From positions 3,904,001-3,968,000 of the forward strand of contig CBDFJQ010000002.1 of NCBI GenBank assembly GCA_965248575.1: a stretch of DNA of 64,000 nucleotides, read 5' to 3'. Within the stretch, counting starts at the first letter, position 1. Every line of letters begins with the position of its first letter. Made by a program: the position numbers and the translations under genes. The stretch is from Planctomycetota bacterium. Lineage in GTDB: Bacteria > Planctomycetota > B15-G4. The notes below the pieces were generated by a model, which made no database searches, was not told where the DNA came from, and saw only the letters and a list, made by a program, of their open reading frames with translations. This document shows positions 7,276 to 14,580 of the stretch, one piece after another.

Positions 7276-9912
7276 TCAGGGAATGACAGTCAGCGAATCG
7301 GGTACCGAGAGAAACGGCCCTGCACCCCAGGTTCCGTCGGGTGCCTCGCTGGCCGCTTGGAACCAGACGGTCAAGCCAATCAGGCCGGGGTCGTTCGGCA
7401 CCGCGAGGTTCCACGTGCCTTCACCCTGGGCGTCCAGAAAACGGATGCCGAGGAAGAACAAGGGTAGCGGCAGGTTCAGCTCGCCCAAGGTCGTCACCAG
7501 ACTCGCCTGGTAGAAGCCGTACGCAACCGTGTTGGGCAGGCCGAACACGTCCAGGTCGAAGGCTTGCCCGGGGCTTGCCGCATTGATGGAGAAGCTCGAG
7601 AGCACGCGCAGGCGACGAGCCGCGTCGAAGACCTGGACCTTGCCCGATCCGTAGATGTTGTCCTTGCCGGGTGCCCCGAGATCCACGGCGCTGAGTTCCA
7701 GGGCGGCGGCGATGTGCCGCGGCTGGGCATTGGGCTGCACATTGCGCAGCAGGGCCATGGCGCCACCGAGCTGTGGTGTCGCCGCAGAGGTGCCGCTGAA
7801 CAGCGTGTAGCCGCTGCCGAGGTTGGTGGTCATGACGCTGTTGGTGTAGGTCATGACGTCCGGCTTGATGAGGCCGGGGAGATTCCCGCCGAAGCCGCCC
7901 ACGGGGTAATCCCAGGCGGCGGGGTCTTGTGTGTGCGGATACGTCGGGTCGTAGAGGGTGATGTCCTCCCAGGCTGAAGGGCCGCGACCCGAGGGGTTGT
8001 AGTGGGTGTCGTCCGGCAGCTCGATGCCTCCGCAGGCCATGATGCTGCTGCGGCCGCCGCCCAGCCCATCAGGATGTGCGAAGGGTGTGGGGCAGTTGCC
8101 GGGTGTGGAGATGTTGAAAGGGATGGGGTGCGTTGCCAGCAGCACGCCCTGGTTGCCGATGGAGTTGGCGTGAATGATGCCGGCGGCGAGCTCGACATCG
8201 CAGAGCTGCCGGAACATGTGGTAATCGGGGCCGTCGGGCCACTTGTAGCTGTAGCTGCTGCTGATGACGTCCACGCCCTGGTCCAGCATGTACTGCTGGG
8301 CCTGCCAGTATTGGGATTCTGTCGAGACCTCGCAGATGGCGAAGCTTGCCTCGGGGGCCATGCCGGTGATGCGGCCGTCGGAACCATCGCCCACCATCAG
8401 GCCGGCGGTGTGGGTCCCGTGCGGGTCGGTGGAGGTGACGTTTGCTCCGCCGAACTCGAAGTCCCAGCCGTGGATGTCGTCCACGAAACCGTTGCCATCA
8501 TCGTCGACACTGTTGCTGGGGATCTCGCCCGGGTTGGTCCAGACGCGGTTGATGAGGTCGGGGTGTTGCCAGTCGGAGCCTGAATCGATGTTCCCGATCA
8601 GGACGCCGGCGCCGCGGAAGCCCATCTCCCAGAGGTCGGGGGCCTGGAGCGCGATGAGGTGCGGTTCCACTTCCGGCGGCGGCTTCACGCCCACGCCGGG
8701 GGCGATCTCGATGTCGTCGAAGCCGAAGCCGTCGGACGGGATGTCGAAGTTGTCGCGCCACTGGAAGCGCACCCGGAAGTTGCTGGTGAAACCGATTCCG
8801 AAGCCCGCGAGCAAGGGATCGAGAGTCACGTACTTCCAGACGTATTCGCGGTCAGCGTTCTGCAGCGAGATGACCTCGTGCCAGGTGACGCCGTCGGTGC
8901 TGACGAAGACCCCGTCCTCCGGGTGGTTCTCGTCGCCGAACTCCTTGTGCCGGAAGCGGATGCCCACGTCGGTCTGGCCAGCGAGGTCCAGCTCGACGGT
9001 GAGACTGGCGGTGGAGTCCAAGGAGTTCGTGCTCGTCGCCATGACCACGTGCCATGCGCCGACGGGCTCCTCGTCCGTGGTCACGAGGGCGTAGCCGCCG
9101 CCGGTGGTCTCCACGGTCCAATGTCCTTCAAGGGTTCCGGACTCGAAGTCATCCATGAAGGGGTAGAGGCCTGTGCCTGGCTTGGGCGCCATGGGGCCAT
9201 GCAAGATGGCTCGTGCTCCCTTGGGCGCTTTGAGGGGGGGCGCGACTTGAGGGCCCGGAAGGGTGCTGGGCGGCAGGGCGTCCTGGGCGCGCTCCGCAGG
9301 TGTGTCAGGCAGCAGGCGGATGCGGTCGATCCCCGGGATTGCAGCCAACAGTTCCAGTACCGGGGGCCTGGCTTTGAGCAGGAGGGCGTTGCCCATCCAG
9401 AGCACGTCCAGAAGTTGGGCCTGACCAGCTTGTTCGGCGGCCTCGACCTGTGCGCGCACCTGCACCTGAGTTGCGGTGGCGTGGGCCTTCAGCTCCGCGC
9501 TGACGAGCCGGCGGCGGGTGCGGTTGCCGGCAGCACCCTTGAGGGCGCTCGCCCCTGCGCCGGTCTTGTCTCCGACCGCGACCTCTTCAGCCAGCGCTTT
9601 CATCTGCTGGGCGACCCGCTGTTGGAGCTCTTGTCCGGGGATCTGATCCGCCATGACGACGTAGACGCCGAGCATCTCGCCCGGCTCGATCTGATCCATC
9701 GCCTGCCTCAGTTCGGCAGCGAGCACCTGACGTCGCGGCTGCAGGCTGAGCAGCGTGGGGTCGCTGGGAGTGGCCAGCGCCGGTGTGTTCTGTGCGGCCA
9801 CTGCGGCGCTTGCGGCATTCGGGGCAAGCACCACAACCAGGCCCAACGCCAACGCCAGCGCGCAGCGACGCAACGGGGAGCCGGTGCCGGACAGACGGCT
9901 GGGAGGAGTCAT
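7276..9912 (-). CDS. Secreted S8 (subtilisin-like) serine peptidase with inserted beta-sandwich domain and C-terminal accessory domain
   Basis: Signal peptide; catalytic triad motifs IDSG, HGTHTAG and GTSAATP. Confidence 0.9.
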   Translation of the reverse strand: MTPPSRLSGTGSPLRRCALALALGLVVVLAPNAASAAVAAQNTPALATPSDPTLLSLQPRRQVLAAELRQAMDQIEPGEMLGVYVVMADQIPGQELQQRVAQQMKALAEEVAVGDKTGAGASALKGAAGNRTRRRLVSAELKAHATATQVQVRAQVEAAEQAGQAQLLDVLWMGNALLLKARPPVLELLAAIPGIDRIRLLPDTPAERAQDALPPSTLPGPQVAPPLKAPKGARAILHGPMAPKPGTGLYPFMDDFESGTLEGHWTVETTGGGYALVTTDEEPVGAWHVVMATSTNSLDSTASLTVELDLAGQTDVGIRFRHKEFGDENHPEDGVFVSTDGVTWHEVISLQNADREYVWKYVTLDPLLAGFGIGFTSNFRVRFQWRDNFDIPSDGFGFDDIEIAPGVGVKPPPEVEPHLIALQAPDLWEMGFRGAGVLIGNIDSGSDWQHPDLINRVWTNPGEIPSNSVDDDGNGFVDDIHGWDFEFGGANVTSTDPHGTHTAGLMVGDGSDGRITGMAPEASFAICEVSTESQYWQAQQYMLDQGVDVISSSYSYKWPDGPDYHMFRQLCDVELAAGIIHANSIGNQGVLLATHPIPFNISTPGNCPTPFAHPDGLGGGRSSIMACGGIELPDDTHYNPSGRGPSAWEDITLYDPTYPHTQDPAAWDYPVGGFGGNLPGLIKPDVMTYTNSVMTTNLGSGYTLFSGTSAATPQLGGAMALLRNVQPNAQPRHIAAALELSAVDLGAPGKDNIYGSGKVQVFDAARRLRVLSSFSINAASPGQAFDLDVFGLPNTVAYGFYQASLVTTLGELNLPLPLFFLGIRFLDAQGEGTWNLAVPNDPGLIGLTVWFQAASEAPDGTWGAGPFLSVPDSLTVIP

Positions 9913-10035
9913 GGTGAGTTGTTCGCAGAGTGCAGCGGGACGGATGCGGGCCGTGTCCGCGGCAGGTCGGGTTGCGCGTGTGCGAGAGGCACTCGCGCAC
10001 GCGCGCGTTGGAGGAGAGTTGATCGTCTCATTGAC

Positions 10036-10071
10036 AATAAAAAGGCCCGGGATTCGCGAGATCCCGGGCCT
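10036..10071 (-). terminator. Rho-independent terminator (minus strand)
   Basis: Minus strand reads AGGCCCGGGAT-CTCGCGA-ATCCCGGGCCT followed by TTTTATT: an 11-bp perfect stem plus U-tract. Confidence 0.8.
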
Positions 10072-10205
10072 CAGGGGGGCCTCCGCCCCTCAAGGGTGTG
10101 CTCAGCGATCGATAGTCGGACCGGATGAGCACCGCCTGAACTCCAGGAGTTTACACCTGCATCGTCAGGCCGGGGGGCGCAGCCACAACATTCTTCGCGC
10201 CTCCT
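10036..10205 (-). ncRNA. Candidate structured leader, attenuator or sRNA upstream of the S8 peptidase (family not recognised)
   Basis: Stems GCCTGA/TCAGGC, CAGG/CCTG, GTGCTCA/TGAGCAC and CGCCCC/GGGGCG precede the terminator; AGGAGG plus ATG opens an 8-codon ORF. Confidence 0.4.
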
Positions 10206-10341
10206 AGCGTCATCGGGAGCAGCCGGCAATTCGAACGGAGCCTCTCCGCTGTCGCGCGGCCTTGAACAGAAATTCGCACGGGGCGAATGAAGCCCGTGTT
10301 TCAAGGGGATCAGGCGGGGCCCATTCGGGCCACGCCCCTGT

Positions 10342-10728
10342 TTATCCCAGGATGTCGAGCAGCGTCTCTTTGAAGCTGTCCGGATTCATGGCGCCGTGAG
10401 AACCCCAGAGAAACGCGCCCTGGGAGTCCGTGACGAGCACGAAGGGCAGCATCATGCCGTCGGCGAGGTGTTCGGAAATCAGATCGATGACGGCGGGCTC
10501 GGGCGCGTCACAATCGGAGGCGAGGCCCACGAAATGGGGCTTCAGCAGCTCTGCGATGGCTGGTTGGGGGATGACACCCTGCACGAGGGTGCGGCACTGA
10601 CCTCAGAGTTCGCGGCCAAACTCGATCAGGATCTTCTTGTCGCCGGCTTGGGCGGCGGCGAGGGCGTCGGACCAGCGCACATGCCAGTCCAAGGTGCCGC
10701 CGTCGTCGAAGTGCGGGTGGACAGTCAT
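10342..10728 (-). CDS. Thioredoxin-like selenoprotein (UxxC), 128 aa, with in-frame TGA at 10605-10603
   Basis: The two ORF-track fragments are in one frame: ...ILIEFGREL-TGA-GQCRTLVQGVIP...; the TGA occupies the first Cys position of a CxxC in a thioredoxin fold; downstream hairpin CACCCT-CGTGC-AGGGTG. Confidence 0.82.
10575..10591 (-). promoter_or_regulatory. Candidate bacterial SECIS element
   Basis: 6-bp stem CACCCT/AGGGTG with loop CGUGC starting 17 nt after the UGA. Confidence 0.65.
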
Positions 10729-10924
10729 CGAGGAACTCCAGGGGGAGTGCCCGATCTCACTCGGTCTTCGAAAGGCTTTCAAGCGCTGCTTCAATCGGTC
10801 TGAGCAGCGTCCTAGACTAGCTCCGACATGCAGCCTGCAAGCCGGCCTGTAGTGAAGGCTTCGGCAGCGGCTGCGAAGAGGCCGCGTTCATGCTCGGCAT
10901 GGGGCGCGCTACGAGGTTCGCACC

Positions 10925-12031
10925 ATGCTCATCACCGCTCTGCTCACACCCTTTCAGCGCGCTGGCCAGACTCTGGACCGGGCTCCGGGCGGGGCGTTGG
11001 ATCTACCGCTGCTCCAGCGGCTCATCCGCTTCCAGCTGGATGCCGGTGTGGATCGGGTCCTGCTCGGCGGCACGACGGGCGAAGGCGGTGCGTTGGGCGA
11101 GGCTGAGCGGCGCGAGATGCTGGCCGCTGCCCTCGATGTGGCTACCCCTGACCAGCTGATGCTGGGGCTTGCGGCAGGTCGGCTGGAAGATGTCATTGCC
11201 CGGGGACGCGACGCACTGTCAATGGGTGTGCGTCACCTGTTGTTGGTGGACTGCCCCTACAGTGGCGCTTCGAGTGCTGCTTTACGGACCGCATGGCACG
11301 GTCCTGCTGCGGAGGCCTTGCGGGACGCCTTGCTCTACCCATACGCCGTCCCGGGGCGGACTGGCACCGAGCTTCTTCCCGATGACCTGGCGGCGCTCGC
11401 AGAGAACCACCCGAACGTGGTGGGTGTGAAGGATGCGACGGGGCGCCTCGCACGCATGCTGCGAGTGCGCGAGCTGTGTGGCGACGACTTCGAGCTCTTG
11501 TGTGGCGACGATCCCCAGGCGCGGGACTCTCTGCTGGACCCCAACATCCGGGCCCACGGGGTGTGCAGCGTCGTCTCCAACCTGGCGCCGGCCGCCATGC
11601 GTGCCTTAGTGGACCATGCACGGGCGGGTGAGGCCGTGGACGCGAGACGCGTGCACGATGATCTGGAAGCGCTCTTCGACCTGATCAGCGTTACGGCCGT
11701 GGAGACGGTGACCGTCCGCGGCGTGCCCCTGTCGGTGCCTCAGCGCGCCCGCAATCCGGTGCCCTTGAAGGAGGCTTGCCATCAGCTTGGCCTCGACGTG
11801 GGCGTGTGCCGCGGGCCGCTCGACGAGCTGGGCCCGCGCGGTCGGACCCAGGTCGCCAACGTGATCACCAAGCTGGAGCGCCGGGCAGGGCCCGGTGCCT
11901 TGGACGGGCTGCGTCAGTTGGTCGCCAGCTTCGAGCTTGGCCAGCCGGAGTGCGCGGGGGACGCGCAGCTGTTGGACGCGACCCAGCAGATGGAGAAGCC
12001 CTCCCGGGAGCTGGCAGGCGGTCCCCGATGA
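10925..12031 (+). CDS. dapA: Dihydrodipicolinate synthase (HTPA synthase) family protein
   Basis: GTTGE, YAVPGRTG, GVKDAT Schiff-base Lys and CGDD; coupled to aspartokinase and asd. Confidence 0.75.
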   Translation: MLITALLTPFQRAGQTLDRAPGGALDLPLLQRLIRFQLDAGVDRVLLGGTTGEGGALGEAERREMLAAALDVATPDQLMLGLAAGRLEDVIARGRDALSMGVRHLLLVDCPYSGASSAALRTAWHGPAAEALRDALLYPYAVPGRTGTELLPDDLAALAENHPNVVGVKDATGRLARMLRVRELCGDDFELLCGDDPQARDSLLDPNIRAHGVCSVVSNLAPAAMRALVDHARAGEAVDARRVHDDLEALFDLISVTAVETVTVRGVPLSVPQRARNPVPLKEACHQLGLDVGVCRGPLDELGPRGRTQVANVITKLERRAGPGALDGLRQLVASFELGQPECAGDAQLLDATQQMEKPSRELAGGPR

Positions 12032-13464
12032 GCCTGACGGTCGTGAAGGTGGGAGGTGCCCTGCTGGATGGGCCAGCCGACCTCGATGCCGTGGTCGAGG
12101 CCCTGATCAGCCGGCGTCGTCGAGGCGAGCGGATCCTGGTGGTGGTGTCCGCCTTGAAGGGGGTCACCGACACCCTGGAATCTGCAGCGGTGGACGCGCT
12201 GGATCCACGTTCGGGGGCCGAGATGACCCGAGCCCTGGTGCAGGGCCTGCACCGCCGGCACGAACGGCTGGTCCGGGGGCGGCCTGGCGCCGAGGGTGTC
12301 TTGCTCGGCCTGCGCGTGGCGCTCGATGGCGTGGAGCGTTTGCTGACCGGCATCCGATTGACGGGCGAACTCACCGAACGCACTCACGATCTCCTGCTCG
12401 CCCACGGTGAACGTCTGAGTGCACCCTTGTTGTCGGAGGCGTTGCGCGTCGGCGGGGTGGACGCGCGCGCTGTGACGGCCGAAGAAGCTGGCCTCGTGGC
12501 ACGCGGCCCCTTTCGGGTGGGCGGTTGCGACGTGGAGGCGAGCCGCGAGGGCCTACAGGGTCTGTCGCATGAACTGCACGACCGCGTCATCGTGTTGACC
12601 GGCTTCTACGGAGTGAACGGAAACGGCGACGTGGTGCTCTTCGGGCGGGGCGGAACGGACTACACCGCTGGGGTGGTCGCCGCGGGCATTGACGCGGACG
12701 CCCTCGAACTCTGGAAGGACGTGCCCGGTTTCATGAGCGCCGACCCGCGGGCCGTTCCCGCTGCGCGCCTCGTGCCCGAGCTCTCATTCGCCGAAGCCTG
12801 CGAGCTGGGTTACTACGGCGCCCGGATCCTGCACCCGCGCTGCCTCGAACCCTTGCGCGGAGGGAAGCAAAAGATCAGCTTCCGCTCGGTGCGTGATGTG
12901 GACGCCGTGGGAACGCGCGTGGTCGAACGACGGGGCGGGAAGCAGCCGGCCGTTGCAGCATTGGCGCACCGCTCCGGCGTGGCGGTGGTTCGGGTCGAAG
13001 GCTCTGCCATGGTGAACCAGCCCGGCATCGCGGGCCGGATCTTCAGCGCATTGGGCGACGCCGGTGTCAATGTCGACGCCGTGGCCAGCTCCATGACGTC
13101 CCTCTCCTTCACGGTCGACGACAGTGCGGTCTCGCTGGTACGGCGCTGTTTGCGGCTGCTGCAAGCGGAGCAGGACGACATCATCGAGCGGCTGGATGTG
13201 CACCGGGATGTCGTCCTGATGGGTGTCGTGGGGGATGGGGTGGCGTCGGACCCGACCGTGGCAGCGCGCATGTTGGCCTGTCTCGAACAGCTAGGTGAGC
13301 CCATCGAGCTCATTTCCCATGGACCTGGCGATGTGGGCCTGAGTTGCGCGGTTCCGGCTGCCCTGGATCGCCAGGCCCTCGAGATGCTGCACGCGGAGTT
13401 CTTCGAAGAGGGAGTCGGAGAGCCTGAGCGCGTCGGGTTCCGAGGCGGCGACGGTCGCGCATGA
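12028..13464 (+). CDS. lysC: Aspartate kinase with two ACT domains
   Basis: VVKVGG, VVVSA, GERLSA, FGRGGTDYTA, DVPGFMSADPR and GARILHP; ATGA overlaps on both sides. Confidence 0.88.
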   Translation: MSLTVVKVGGALLDGPADLDAVVEALISRRRRGERILVVVSALKGVTDTLESAAVDALDPRSGAEMTRALVQGLHRRHERLVRGRPGAEGVLLGLRVALDGVERLLTGIRLTGELTERTHDLLLAHGERLSAPLLSEALRVGGVDARAVTAEEAGLVARGPFRVGGCDVEASREGLQGLSHELHDRVIVLTGFYGVNGNGDVVLFGRGGTDYTAGVVAAGIDADALELWKDVPGFMSADPRAVPAARLVPELSFAEACELGYYGARILHPRCLEPLRGGKQKISFRSVRDVDAVGTRVVERRGGKQPAVAALAHRSGVAVVRVEGSAMVNQPGIAGRIFSALGDAGVNVDAVASSMTSLSFTVDDSAVSLVRRCLRLLQAEQDDIIERLDVHRDVVLMGVVGDGVASDPTVAARMLACLEQLGEPIELISHGPGDVGLSCAVPAALDRQALEMLHAEFFEEGVGEPERVGFRGGDGRA

Positions 13465-14510
13465 GCAAGCGGACGGCCGCCGTTCTCGGCGCCACGGGTG
13501 TGGCTGGCCGTCAGGCGTTGCGTGCCCTGGCCTCCCACCCATGGTTCGAGATCGCGGCCGTGGCATCGTCCCCCCGCACCGCGGGTCGCTTGCTCAAGGA
13601 CGTCGTGGCAGACGAGGACCTTTCGCCGACGGTTGGCGCTCTCCGGTTGCAGGATGCTGCCGACTTCGACGCTCGCTCGGTGGACGTCGTGTTCTCCATG
13701 CTGCCGTCCGATGTGGCTGCTCCGCTTGAAGCCCGCTGCGCGGAATCCACGCCAGTGTTCTCCACGGCCGCAGCCTTCCGGACGGAGGCGGACACACCGC
13801 TGCTGTTGGCCGGGGTGAACCCAGCGCTCTTCGAACAGTTGCGCCGCCAGCAAGCCGCTCGCACTTGGAAGGGATTCGTGGCACCCGGCCCCAACTGCAC
13901 CACGGTGGGTCTGGCACTCACCCTGGCACCGTTGCGCGATGCGTTCGGTGTGCGCTGTGTTCAGCTGACCTCCATGCAGGCGGTGTCGGGTGCCGGTTCG
14001 AGTGCGCCCCAGGTGAGCGCCGCCGTCGATGGGAACATCCTGCCCTGGATCCGCAACGAGGAAGAGAAGGTGCAACGCGAGTGCGCGCGCATCCTGGGCG
14101 CCATCGACGCGGACGGCATCGAGGCCGCCAGCTTTCCCGTCAGCGCGACCTGCACACGTGTTGCCGTACAGGACGGGCACACGTTGTCCATTGCCGTGGG
14201 CTTGGATCAGGCGGTCACGCCCTCCGACGTCGCCCAGGTCTGGCGTGCGGCGGATCCCTTCGCAGGGCGCAGCTTGCCGTCGGCTCCCGAGCGCTGGATC
14301 GACGTACGTGAGGAGCAGGATCGGCCCCAACCCCTGATGGATTGCGAGGCGGGTGCTGGCTTCACCACGGTGGTGGGCAGGATCCGCCCGGAACCCGTGC
14401 TGGGCGGCGTGAAGTACCTCGCTGTGTCCCACAACACGGTCATGGGTGCTGCTGGAGGGGCAGTGCTGCTGGCCGAAGATCTCCTGGATCGAGGCTACTT
14501 CGGGGGCTGA
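13461..14510 (+). CDS. asd: Aspartate-semialdehyde dehydrogenase (archaeal/fungal-type branch)
   Basis: GATGVAG, PNCTT catalytic Cys, QAVSGAG, NILPWIRNEEEK, CTRVAVQDGH and HNTVMGAAG. Confidence 0.9.
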   Translation: MSKRTAAVLGATGVAGRQALRALASHPWFEIAAVASSPRTAGRLLKDVVADEDLSPTVGALRLQDAADFDARSVDVVFSMLPSDVAAPLEARCAESTPVFSTAAAFRTEADTPLLLAGVNPALFEQLRRQQAARTWKGFVAPGPNCTTVGLALTLAPLRDAFGVRCVQLTSMQAVSGAGSSAPQVSAAVDGNILPWIRNEEEKVQRECARILGAIDADGIEAASFPVSATCTRVAVQDGHTLSIAVGLDQAVTPSDVAQVWRAADPFAGRSLPSAPERWIDVREEQDRPQPLMDCEAGAGFTTVVGRIRPEPVLGGVKYLAVSHNTVMGAAGGAVLLAEDLLDRGYFGG

Positions 14511-14580
14511 GTTGCCGGATCATGGTGGCTGGATCCCGTGGCTCTCCTGATACTGGCGCGCTTCTCCTGGAGCTGCGCCC

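Noticed and set aside
10031..10036. Perfect TTGACA -35 box
   Set aside because: No -10 element at 16-18 nt and no + strand gene follows; it abuts the minus-strand terminator tail.
10070..10135. TPP riboswitch (minus strand GGTGC...GCTGAGCACACCCTTGA...CCTGA)
   Set aside because: Has UGAGC rather than UGAGA, lacks the GAUAAUGCC-GCG-AGGGA 3' half, and no thiamine gene follows.
10160..10185. SRP RNA helix-8-like GTCAGGCCGGGGGGCGCAGCC (+) and hammerhead-like CTGACGA (-)
   Set aside because: No GNRA tetraloop or long SRP rod; no GAAA and cleavage triplet for a hammerhead.
10342..10728. Pseudogene or two small genes (likewise 45618-46091)
   Set aside because: Each has a single TGA exactly at the catalytic Cys position, no other lesions, and a SECIS-like hairpin. 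Sec recoding is more parsimonious, though the sel genes are outside this window.
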